DNA from: an uncultured Acidobacteriaceae bacterium
Lineage (GTDB): Bacteria > Acidobacteriota > Terriglobia > Terriglobales > Acidobacteriaceae
NCBI GenBank assembly: GCA_963767605.1
Contig: CAVYEP010000014.1
Location: 106,696 to 170,695, forward strand
Direction: 5' to 3'
DNA: 64,000 nucleotides
Shown here piece after piece: positions 11,311-20,602 of this stretch (the stretch's first letter is position 1; every line of letters starts with the position of its first letter). The notes under the pieces were generated by a model. That model was not told the DNA's origin. It made no database searches and was given only the letters and a program-made list of their open reading frames with translations. The translations under genes were made by a program, and so were the position numbers.

Positions 11311-11433
11311 GCCAGTTGCTAATCAGCTGACTTATCCCCCCAGTTCTGACTAAGAGTGAAGGCAGTGTACTACACGCCTTTCCCCGGTGCCAACACGACC
11401 AGTCGGCAAACCGAGGACAGCGAATCAACATTC

Positions 11434-12232
11434 TCAATAAAATGAAAGAGTTCCGTTCTGCCGCGCTCGCCGCAAACTTAGCGACAGGCCGGCCAGCGCC
11501 AGTGGAAGCAGGACCACGCCAAACCCGGCCAGGACCGCCAGTGTGCGAGCCATCGCGATCATGGACTGCCCTTCGATCAGCGCCCGGCGCATTCCGTCGA
11601 TGGCGTAGGTGAGAGGAACGGCGCGCGCAAGAAGTTCGAGCGGGCGCGGCAAGCTCTGGATCGGGAACATGGTTCCGCTAAGAAACCAGAGTCCGGAGCC
11701 GAGCAGCCAGAGCACCGCCGAGCCTTTCTGGAACGCAACCTGAAGCGTGGCCGCGGCGATCCCCAGGGCCAGGGCGATGCCAGAGAAAGAACCAACACTG
11801 CCACGCACGAGAAGAAGTTGGCATGGATCGATGCCCGGAAAACCGCCACTCCCGCGAAAAGATAGACCAGCAGATTGACCAGGTTTCCGGCAAAGGCGGA
11901 AATGGAGCTGAGGATCACGAGCTCAGCCGGGGCGGTCGAGGTGGTCATCAGCACTTCCAATGTCCCTGTCTGTTGTGCTTCCTGCACCGCGCTCAGGAAG
12001 CTTGCGCGCTCATGACGAAGAAAGTGTAGATGCCGGTGCCGACCAGGAGGAAGGGAAAGTACTCGACGCCACCGGGGCGAAAACCGGGACCGATGGCGCG
12101 GGATAGAAAATAAAAAGCCGCCAACTCGGTGAATACTCCGACCAGGGTCACGACGAAACCGCTGCGGTGGCGGATGGCCGTCAGCAGATCGCGCCGCAGG
12201 ATGGCATGAAGCTTGTCGAGGGTCGAAGTCAT
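11434..12232 (-). pseudogene. ABC-2 type transporter permease, frame broken twice
   Basis: Hydrophobic fragments in ORF 11993..12259 (real start ATG 12232, MTSTLDKLHAILRRDLL), the middle of ORF 11577..12272, and ORF 11434..11808. Joins near 12005 and 11795. Confidence 0.7.
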
Positions 12233-12237
12233 AGAGG

Positions 12238-12335
12238 ATTTGTAATTTGTAATTTCCAATTTGTAATTGCAAGCATGGGCAATGTGAGCGACATATTCTG
12301 AAACAATTGCAAATTACGAATTACCAATTACAAAT
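12238..12335. repeat. word-periodic hairpin (TTTGTAA heptads) in the ABC ATPase-permease spacer
   Basis: Left arm 12238..12272: atttgtaatttgtaatttccaatttgtaattgcaa. Right arm 12307..12335: ttgcaaattacgaattaccaattacaaat. 34-nt loop. Confidence 0.85.
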
Positions 12336-12337
12336 TT

Positions 12338-13124
12338 TCAGCGTTTGAGCACGGCCTCATCGATCTCACCGGTCATGCGGAAGTAAAAAGACCGCAGAGC
12401 TTCGGCGCTTTCGCCGTCCCTCACCGGGCGGTCGGCGAGCAATTCGCCGCGATGCAGCAGGAGCAGGCGATCCGCAACGGCGGCCGCCTCCGCGAAATTG
12501 TGAGTGGCGAGCAGAACGGTGGTCTCTTGCCGTGCCAAGGCGCGGATCGTCGCCCAGAAGTGTGCCGTGGTGGCCGCGTCGAGGCTGCGCGTCGGTTCGT
12601 CGAGCAAGCAGAACGCTGGGGCGCTTGACCAGGGCGCGCGCGATCCCCAGCCGCTGGTACATGCCGCTGGAGAACTTCATGACCAGCGTGTCGGCCTGCT
12701 CTTCGAGGCCGGTATCGCGGAGAACTTCGTTGATTCTTTGCGCGCGCTCGCGGTGCGACACTTCGTCAAGCGCGGCAAAGAAATCAAGGTTCTCGCGAGC
12801 CGAGAGTCGAGGGAAGAATGAGCGCTCCGCTGCGACAGCGATGCCGACCTGCCGCCGCACTTCACCGGCGTTGCGCCGCGCATCGAAGCCGCCCACGCGC
12901 ACCGATCCGGCATCGGGCAAGCAGCATGGTCGAAATCAGCTTGAGGGCCGTGGTTTTTCCGCTGCCGTTCGGGCCGAGTAACACCAATACCTCCGCGCGC
13001 GCCGCCGAGAAAGAAACGTCTTTCAAGGCAAGGTTTCGCCGCCCCGCTCCCGTCCCAGCCAATTGAACAGAGCTGGACGATGGCGAAAGATCTTGCGAAC
13101 GGATTCGAAGACGACTCGGTCCAT
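12338..13124 (-). pseudogene. ABC transporter ATP-binding protein, frame broken three times
   Basis: ATG 13124 gives MDRVVFESVRKIFRHRPALFNWLGRERGGETL. This is followed by LKDVSF..LLGPNGSGKTT (Walker A), FSSGMYQRLGIARAL and LLLDEPT (Walker B). Joins near 13030, 12915 and 12608. Confidence 0.8.
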
Positions 13125-13254
13125 GAAAGCGGGACGACGAACCAGCGTGAACTAAACGTTCGAACGTGCCGAGGACTCTGTATTATAGTGGCGATTCGCA
13201 ATCCAATTGATTCCGGCTTGCAGTTGCTTGTCTATCCGTCGGGATCCGCTGTTC

Positions 13255-14456
13255 ATGACCGAAGGCTTGCCTTCGTCTCCTGCGTCAAGCACAGTGCCGC
13301 GGGGTGAAAACGAATTCGAGCTCTTGTGCGCGCTGACTGGCGTGGAGTTGGCTCCGGAGCGTGATCGAGCGCATTGCGAACTGGAATCTCTCAAGACTCG
13401 ACTGGAGCGAATTCCTTCGCCTGGCGGAGCACCATGGAGTTCTTCCGCTCGCGGCGCGCAATCTGATCGAACACGGTCGCGGGCTTCCACCCGAAATCGA
13501 GCGCTCTCTGCGATCTGCGTACGACGCGAACCTGCGGCGCAGCCTGTGGTTCACCGCCGAACTGGCGCGCATCATGCAGCACTTCGAGCGCAGGCAGTTG
13601 CGGGCAGTTCCGTACAAAGGGCCGGTGCTGGCGCAATCGGCTTACCGCGATGTGGGGCTGCGAAGTTTTTCGGATCTCGACTTCCTGATTTCTCCCGCGG
13701 ACTTCGAGACGGGCGAAGCAGGCTCTTGCTGAAATCGGATATCGCCCTTCCGCGGATTTCACTCCGGCCGTCGAGCGATTCTGGCTGCCGAAAGGCTACG
13801 AGCGCTCGTTTGACAGCGCAGCGGGACAGAACCTGGTCGAACTGCAGTGGGCGTTGCTGCCGCATTTCTATGCAGTGGATCTGCGCGTGGCGGATCTGCT
13901 GGCGCGCGCGGGCCGGACAGTTGTGGGCGGGTGCGAGGTGCCTTGCCTGTCTCCCGAAGATTCGCTGCTGGTGCTGTGCTTGCATGCCGCAAAGCATCTT
14001 TGGACGCGCCTGATCTGGCTGGCGGACATTGCGGAGACTTTGCAATCCCAATCCCGATCCCAGACCATCGACTACTCGCTGGTGTTCTCCCGAGCGCGCG
14101 CGCTGGGAATCGCTCGTATTCTCGGCGTGAGTTTCTGGCTGGCGAAGAACGTGCTTCGGACGGAGCTTCCCAGCCCGCGGAGGAAATGATTGCGGCCGAT
14201 CCTCGGGTGCCTGCTCTCGGCAGCGAATTTGCCGAGCGCCTGGCGCGCGGCGCGACCTATGATTTCGAATCCACGGAATACTTCCGACTGATCCTGAAAC
14301 TGCGCGAGCGGCGCGGCGACCGCTGGCGATATCTCTGGCGGCTGGTGTGGACGCCGGGCGCGGGAGATGTTGCGGCGGTGCAGATTGCCGGAAGCGCTTT
14401 TTCCTCTTTATCGAATCGTGCGCATTGGGCGGCTGCTGCGAAAGTCCCACTTGTAG
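13255..14456 (+). pseudogene. nucleotidyltransferase-family protein (PF14907-like, the type found beside HprK-like kinases), frame broken about 4 times
   Basis: Segments: MTEGLP...ELLCALTG; LDWSEFLRLAEHHGVLPLAARNL...VPYKGPVLAQSAYRDVGLRSFSDLDFLI; LSPEDSLLVLCLHAAKH; and the terminal ...LPEALFPLYRIVRIGRLLRKSHL, ending at TAG 14454..14456. Joins near 13370, 13712, 14172 and 14384. Confidence 0.65.
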
Positions 14457-14535
14457 AGACGGGGCTTGCCCCGTCTCCCGCCTGCGTGTTCGCGCTGCGA
14501 CCAGGGGAGACGCGGCAAGCCGCGTCTCTACAGGG
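14453..14535. repeat. inverted pair of GC-rich REP-like palindromes (GAGACG[CG]GG-CWWG-CC[CG]CGTCTC)
   Basis: Cores at 14456..14477 (gagacggggcttgccccgtctc) and 14507..14528 (gagacgcggcaagccgcgtctc). The pair overlaps the nucleotidyltransferase stop and lies between convergent genes. Confidence 0.9.
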
Positions 14536-14586
14536 ACGCGTTATTGCTAGTGCGTTTCCCCGTCGCCAGGCGCGACGTCTGGCGTG

Positions 14587-16783
14587 TCAACTTTCTTCTG
14601 CGCAACGGCCGTGTTCCCTGGCGCCGGCGCCGGCTGGAAATTCGCCGGGATCTTTGCCGGCCAGCGCGACGTTCATGAACTGCATCCAGATGGGCAGAGC
14701 GGCGCGGGCTCCGGTTTCTTTTTCGCCCAGCGATTTCTTTTCGTCGTAGCCGATCCACACGCCGCAAGTGAGCGACGGCGAAAAGCCCACGAACCAGGCG
14801 TCGGTGAAATCGTTGGTCGTGCCCGTCTTGCCCGCCAGCGGATACGGCATTTTGGCGGCGGCGACCGCGGTGCCGTGGAGCACCACTTCCCGCAGCATCG
14901 AGGTCATGATGCGCGCGGTGCGCGAGCTGACCGCGTCTTTAACGTCGGAGAAATCTTCTTCCAGAATGCGCCCTTCGTAGTCGGTCACTTTGGTGATGTA
15001 GCGCGGGGCGACGCGCACGCCGTCGTTGGGAAACACGCTGAAGGCCGAGGTCTGCTCGAGCGGCGTGATTTCCGCCGAGCCCAGCGCCACCGGAAGATAG
15101 GCGGGAATGTTTGCGGTGATGCCGAAGCGGTGCGCGTAGTCGATCACGGTCTTGATGCCGACGCGGTCGGCAAGCTTGAGCGCGGGAATGTTTCTGGACT
15201 GGGCGAGCGCGCGCCGCAGCGTGATCGTGCCCTCAAATTTGTCGTCGTAGTTGTGCGGCGAATAAGGGCCGGAGGCGGTTTGGAAAGTTACCGGCGCGTC
15301 GAGAATCGTGTCGTCGGGGCTGCCGCCCTGGTCGATCACCGCGGTATAGACATAGGGCTTGAACGACGACCCAACCTGGCGCAGCGCCTGCGTGGCGCGG
15401 TTGAACTTGGAGAGATTGAAGTCGCGGCCGCCGACCATGGCCTTGATTTCTCCGGTGGCGTTGTCGATGGCGACCAGCGCTCCTTCGGCGCCGGAATCCT
15501 GTTCCAGGCTGACGCGCGCTTTTCCGCCTGCATCCAGCGCGAGCACTTTGACGTAGACGATGTCGCCGGCATGGAGAATGTCGGGAGGCTTGAGCTTGCA
15601 GCTTCGTCCATGCGACGTCGGCCGGCGAGAGCGTGGCCTTGTGCTGCCCGAAGCGGACCTCCGCGGCGCCCGGCGAGACTTGCGTCACCAGCGCGTGCAT
15701 GTATCCGTTGACTTCGGGCTCTTCATCCCAATCGGGATCGACGTACTTGTCGAGCTTCTGCCCCTGGGCAATCACGTTCACGAGCTTGCCGTGCCAGCCG
15801 TGCCGGCGCTCGTAGGCGGCGAGGCCGTCGAGCAGCGCCTGGCGCGCCGATTTCTGCAGATCCATGTCGAGCGAGGTGTAAACGCGCAGCCCGCCTTCGT
15901 GCACCTGGTCGCTGCCATACTTCGCTTCCAGGTAGCGGCGGATTTCCTCGACATAGTGCGGAGCCAGCGAATTCGGATCTTTCTGCAGGTTGAGCGGGAT
16001 CGGCTTGCTCTTGGCGTCCGCCGCTTGGGCGGCGGTGATCTTGCCGTCCTCCAGCATGGCATTGAGCACGAGGTTGCGCCGCTTGACCGCGCGTTCCGGA
16101 TGGTTGATCGGCGAGTAATACTGCGGCGCCTTGGGAAGTCCCGCGAGCAGCGCGGCCTCTTCCAGTTTCAGTTGCTTGGCCGGTTTGCTGAAATAGTATT
16201 CCGAAGCGGCTTCAAAGCCGTAGGCGCCGTGGCCGAGAAAAATCTGGTTGGCGTAGAGCGTGAAGATCTGCGGCTTGGTGAAGCGGCGCTCGATCTGGAT
16301 GGCAAGCAGCGCCTCCTGCACCTTGCGATAAAACGAGCGGTCGGGAGAGAGAAACAGATTGCGGGCGAGCTGCATGGTGAGCGTGGAGGCTCCCTGCACT
16401 TTCCCGCCGGATTCGATATCGCGATACGCCGCGCCTGCGATGCGCCAGAGGTTGATGCCCGAGTGCCGGTAGAAATCCTTGTCTTCGATCGAGACCAGCG
16501 CATTGCGCAGAACTTCGGGATAGTCGTCATAGGTGGCGATGACGCGGCGCTGCAGCGCGAAGGTGCCGATGACTCGCCCTTGTCCGTCATAGAGTTCGGT
16601 GACGGAACTGGGACGGTAACGTTCGAGTTGCTCGACCTGGGGCAGGTCGGTCGAGTAGACCAGCAGCAGCCCGGCGGCCGCGCCCACCGCGGCGGCGAGC
16701 AGGACGAGCAATCCGAACAGGACGAGTCCCACCAACTTCCGTCCGCCAATTTTTATCGTTAGCAAGATGTTGGCAGGTTTCAA
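14587..16783 (-). pseudogene. mrcA: class A penicillin-binding protein (PBP1A: transglycosylase + transpeptidase), frame broken once
   Basis: GT51 motifs EDKDFYRHSGIN, GASTLTMQLARN and RKVQEALLA. Transpeptidase motifs SSFKP, SRN and KTGTT. Join near 15596 (...ADVAWTKLQ/LKPPDILHAGDIVYV...). The start codon (TTG 16783) is uncertain. Confidence 0.85.
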
Positions 16784-16810
16784 GGTTTCAAAGTTTCAAC
16801 GTTTCCATGG
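16773..16810. repeat. word-periodic repeat (AAGGTTTC octads), left half
   Basis: gcaggtttc aaggtttc aaagtttc aacgtttc. The complementary cctgaaactctgaaacctgc lies at 16960..16979. Confidence 0.75.
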
Positions 16811-16915
16811 TACGCAAAGGCATAGAAACTGTTTCACCGCCGAGACGCCGAGGACGCCGAGAAGAGCTGGTGCTTGCCAAGTCCTATAGGCAAGCAATGT
16901 CAAAGTCCTCTCCAC

Positions 16916-16955
16916 AAAAAAAATCGCCCGCCGAAGCGAGCGATTCGCAATTTTT
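16916..16955 (-). terminator. intrinsic (bidirectional-type) terminator downstream of the S41 peptidase-like gene
   Basis: A8 run 16916..16923, stem aatcgcccg/cgagcgatt (16922..16945), then T5 at 16951..16955. On the minus strand the hairpin is followed by U8. Confidence 0.75.
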
Positions 16956-16983
16956 AAATCCTGAAACTCTGAAACCTGCTTTC

Positions 16984-18212
16984 TTATCCCTTCGATTCCC
17001 GGTTCTTCAACACTTCCAGCGCTTTGTTCAGCTGGTCGTCCTCCTGGTTCTTCGGTTTCACTTCTTTCTTCTCGTTGGGAGCCGCCGTCTGGTCTTCGTC
17101 GGGTAATCCACCGTCGTCGTCCGCAGTGTCGGCGATCAGCACGTTGGGCGTGACGGCCGCATCCTGAATTGCTTTTCCGCTGGGCGAGTAATACTTCGCG
17201 ACCGAAAGAATCAGGGCGGAGTTGTCCTGCATCTCGATCAGTTTCTGCACCGAGCCGTCGCCGAAAGTCTTGTCGCCGACCACGTCGCCGCGAGCGTTTT
17301 CCAGGATCGCGGCGGCCACAATCTCCGCCGGTCCCGCCGTGCCACGATTCACCAGCACCGCCACGGGAAGCTTGGTGATGTCCTTGGCGGGATCGGCGTT
17401 AAACGCCTGGCGCGGATATTTCTGCCCCTGCAGATAGGTGATGGTGCCATGGTCGAGGAAAAGATTGGCGGTGGCAATGCCTTCCGACTTCGGCTCCACC
17501 GGCGGAGTTGCGCAGGTCAAGCACAAGCTTCTTCGCTCCCTGCTTCTGCAGATCGCGAATCTTGCTGGCGATCTCCTGCGACTTGCCTTCGGGGAACGCG
17601 TCCACCTGGATGTAGCCGACGTTATCGGCCAGCATCTTTTCGCTAACGGGAGGGATGGCGACCACGTCGCGCGTGATCACGATCTTCTGCGGTTCGGCTC
17701 GCCGCGGCCGGACCACCGCCACAGTTGATCGTAGATCCAACCTCGCCCGTCAGGAGGCTGTGAATCTCAGCCAGCGACATGTCGTGCGTGGTCTTGCCCT
17801 CGATCGACTCGATGATGTCGGAGTTCTCGACGCCGGCCTTGTCCGCCGGGCCGCCGGGAATCACCGCGACCACGGCCGCGTATCCGAAGCGCTTGGAGAC
17901 GGTGGCGCCGATATCCGCCTTGCCGTCGGTCTTCATCGTCTTGTAGCGCTTGTACTCAGCCGCCGACAGGTAGCTGGAATTGGCGTCGAGCGACTCCAGC
18001 AGTCCGTGCAGCGCGCCGTCGGTGACGCCGGCAATATTGGGCTCTTCGACGTATTCGAGGCGGATGCGCGACAGCACTTCGCTGTACACCGACAACTGGC
18101 GATACGCGCCTTCATTCGAAGAAGCGCGAACGTGGACGAAACCGCCCACGATGGTGAACAGCAGAATGGCCAGCGAACTGGCAAGGATGGTGACCTTCAA
18201 CTTCGTCGACAT
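16984..18212 (-). pseudogene. S41 (C-terminal processing peptidase, CtpA-like) homologue with PDZ domain; frame broken twice and catalytic residues apparently substituted
   Basis: ATG 18212 (MSTKLKV, TM anchor). PDZ-like ...VIPGGPADKAGVENSDIIESIEG. S41 core ...VAVLVNRGTAGPAEIV...VGDKTFGDGSVQ. Joins near 17725 and 17510. Confidence 0.75.
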
Positions 18213-18491
18213 AATTTGATCTTCGCTCTTTAATTGGATCTGTGGTCTTGGATCGGCTTTATTGGGCCGGGCTTCCCCGAGAAACTGATGCTTCATTATA
18301 GACGGTTTGATGCTGGGATCGGAGGGCAAGCTTCTCGGGGAAATGCCGTGGGTAACGTAAGGAGTACAGTGTGCAAAGAGACCCCGTCCCCCTCTATTAG
18401 AATCATCGACTTAGCCGCACGTGGCGAAGCTCGTGAGGCGAGCCGCGCCCGGCTTGACGGGCGAGGACGCTCGTCGCTCCAGGAGCACCGT

Positions 18492-19169
18492 TCACGTTTC
18501 CAGCAGGGCGGCTATCGCCTCGTGACCCTTTTCTCTCGCCACCGTAGCGGGAGTTTTGCCTTCGTCGTTGGCTAGCTTGGGATCGGCGTGGTGCTTCAGC
18601 AAGAGCTCCACCATCGGACGATCTCCGTTCTGAGCCGCCGCGTGAATTGGAACCCAACCTCCTTGCTGACGGGCATTAGCTGGGGCTCCGTGTTCGAGCA
18701 GCAGGCGGGCGGCTTCGAGGTTGCGGGCAGACGCGGCGGAGTGCAGCGGCATGACCTGTGTCGGATTCGCGGCCACGGCGTCGACCGCGGCTCCGCCTTC
18801 GACGAGCAGGCGGGCGGCTTCAGGTTGTCCGAAGAAACACGCGAAGTGCAGGGCCGTGAAGCCGTCTTTTGAACGCGAGTCAATCGAGTGGGAATCGATG
18901 GCGGAGGTATCGCGGAGGCATTCTTTAATGCGGTCGAGACGGCCGAGCGCGGTCGCTTCGAAAATGTCGAGCGCCTTCTTCTTGCGCGCAATCAATTCCG
19001 CCAGGTCGCGGCGGCCACGATAGAGAGAGTGCATGAGGAGACTAACGCCGGCCGCGTCGCGCGCTTCAGAGGCCGCGGGATCTTGTTCGAGAATTTGCCG
19101 GAGCCCGTCCGCATCGCCCGTCCGCAAGAGTTCGAAACAACGCTCAAAGCCACGCCGGGAGTCTTCCAT
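18492..19169 (-). CDS. ankyrin-repeat protein
   Basis: 225 aa with repeated ...G.T.LH.A...G....A.LLLE.GA... units (GFTALHFACFFGQPEAARLLVEGGA, MPLHSAASARNLEAARLLLEHGA, VPIHAAAQNGDRPMVELLLKHHA). Confidence 0.85.
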   Translation of the reverse strand: MEDSRRGFERCFELLRTGDADGLRQILEQDPAASEARDAAGVSLLMHSLYRGRRDLAELIARKKKALDIFEATALGRLDRIKECLRDTSAIDSHSIDSRSKDGFTALHFACFFGQPEAARLLVEGGAAVDAVAANPTQVMPLHSAASARNLEAARLLLEHGAPANARQQGGWVPIHAAAQNGDRPMVELLLKHHADPKLANDEGKTPATVAREKGHEAIAALLET

Positions 19170-19393
19170 GGGTGCCTCCTAATTTAATTTAGCATTGCTC
19201 GGAAACCTACTTGCCCGGAGAGCGGTAGGTATAAGGTGCATGGGGGTGGAAAGAATTTCCGTGCGTTTTGGGTGGAAGAGATTTTGGACGGAGGAAGACG
19301 AGCAGGGTCAGCGACTTGGAAGATGGCAGAGAACGGAAGGGTCATTGCTATGAGGTGGGGACTCAAGGAAATTTCTCCAAATAGGAGGGATCC

Positions 19394-19546
19394 ATGACAA
19401 CCGACCCGGTTTGTGGAATTAGAATCGATGAGCAGGAATCCGAATTCCAGACGATGTTTGCTGGGAGGAAATACTTCTTCTGCTCGGAAGACTGTAGGAA
19501 GGAATTCGAGAATGAGCCAGAGGAGTACCTGGAGACAGCGGCGTAG
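19394..19546 (+). CDS. YHS/TRASH-type small metal-binding domain protein (50 aa, below the ORF-track cutoff)
   Basis: AGGAGGG at 19384..19390, then ATG 19394. Sequence MTTDPVCGIRIDEQESEFQTMFAGRKYFFCSEDCRKEFENEPEEYLETAA matches the DPVCG...YYFCS..C...F pattern. A stem-loop follows downstream. Confidence 0.75.
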   Translation: MTTDPVCGIRIDEQESEFQTMFAGRKYFFCSEDCRKEFENEPEEYLETAA

Positions 19547-19597
19547 AAGCTGTCGAGGTTAATTGCAAAGCAAAACTCAAAGATCAGAAAAGAAAAA

Positions 19598-19620
19598 GGC
19601 CCTCGCGTGTAGCGGGGGCC
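19598..19620 (+). terminator. stem-loop downstream of the YHS gene
   Basis: ggccctcgc gtgta gcgggggcc (9-bp stem). A-run upstream and T-rich tract downstream. Confidence 0.55.
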
Positions 19621-19632
19621 TTCATCCTTTAG

Positions 19633-19692
19633 AGTCGTTGGTCGTCAGTCGTTGGGAAGACATTGCTAACGACCAACGACTAGCGACCAGCG
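19633..19692. repeat. word-periodic hairpin (GTCGTTG heptads)
   Basis: Left arm agtcgttggtcgtcagtcgttggg. Right arm ctaacgaccaacgactagcgaccagcg. Confidence 0.85.
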
Positions 19693-19727
19693 GCTGTTTC
19701 TGGTCCCTGCCGAACTGAATTCTGCTG

Positions 19728-20543
19728 CTAGGGTTGGTCGGCAACGGAATTGCGCAACTGGCCAATGCCTTCGATCGAAACTTCGACGGCATCGCCCGCA
19801 ACTACCGGTCCGACGCCCTTGGGCGTGCCGGTCGCGATCAGGTCTCCGGGCTCGAGGGTCATGATCTGCGAGATGTAGCGGATGACGACGTCGAGCGAAA
19901 AAATGAAATCCTTCGTATTGCCGGATTGTCGTACCTCGCCATTCACGCGGGTTTCGACCTGGACCCCGGCCCAGGGGTCAATATTGATACCGTCGGCGAC
20001 CACGGGGCCGACGGGGCAGAAGGTATTGAAGCCTTTGGCGCGGGTCCACTGACCGTCTTTGTTTTGCAGATCGCGGGCGGTGAAATCATTGACGCAGGTG
20101 TAGCCGAGGATGTAGGGACGCACGTCTTCGGTGTCGGCGAGTTGTTGGCAGCGCCGGGCGATGACCACGCCCAGTTCGCCCTCGTAGTCGGTGCGCGCGG
20201 AAACTTTGGGCCGCAGAATCGTTCCGCCCGGCGGCAGCAGAGAAGACGGCGGCTTGAAGAATAGCAGCGGCTCCTGCGGAACTTCGTTTCCGAGTTCGGC
20301 GGCGTGCTCGCGATAGTTGCGGCCGACGCAGACGATCTTCGAAGGCTCGACCGGCGGCAACAGGATCGCCTGGGCGAGCGGGATGCGGTCCATGCGGCGG
20401 CTGGGAAGGCCTTCGACGTCGCCATCGCTATCCTGCGGAGGCTGGAGGAGCAGGCGAGTGATTTCGTCCTCAGTGTTGCCTGCGGCGGACTCGACCAGGC
20501 CGTAGTGGGCGGAACCGTTGAGATGGAAGCGGCAGTATTTCAT
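19728..20543 (-). CDS. fumarylacetoacetate hydrolase (FAH) family protein
   Basis: From ATG 20543 (MKYCRFHLNG...). ...KIVCVGRNYREHAAE...PLLFFKPPSS...DYEGELGVVI...GYTCVNDFTARD...GDLIATGTPKGVG. Confidence 0.85.
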   Translation of the reverse strand: MKYCRFHLNGSAHYGLVESAAGNTEDEITRLLLQPPQDSDGDVEGLPSRRMDRIPLAQAILLPPVEPSKIVCVGRNYREHAAELGNEVPQEPLLFFKPPSSLLPPGGTILRPKVSARTDYEGELGVVIARRCQQLADTEDVRPYILGYTCVNDFTARDLQNKDGQWTRAKGFNTFCPVGPVVADGINIDPWAGVQVETRVNGEVRQSGNTKDFIFSLDVVIRYISQIMTLEPGDLIATGTPKGVGPVVAGDAVEVSIEGIGQLRNSVADQP

Positions 20544-20602
20544 CAGAGGAATATTCAAACACAATTTCCAAGGACAAGGGGCAGAAAGATCGCGACACAA
20601 AA

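Noticed and set aside
13182-13210. Promoter for the minus-strand RiPP-like operon: perfect TATAAT on the minus strand at 13187..13182.
   Set aside because: It is not listed as a feature because the best -35 at 17-nt spacing is only TCAATT. It is plausible but unsupported without TSS data.
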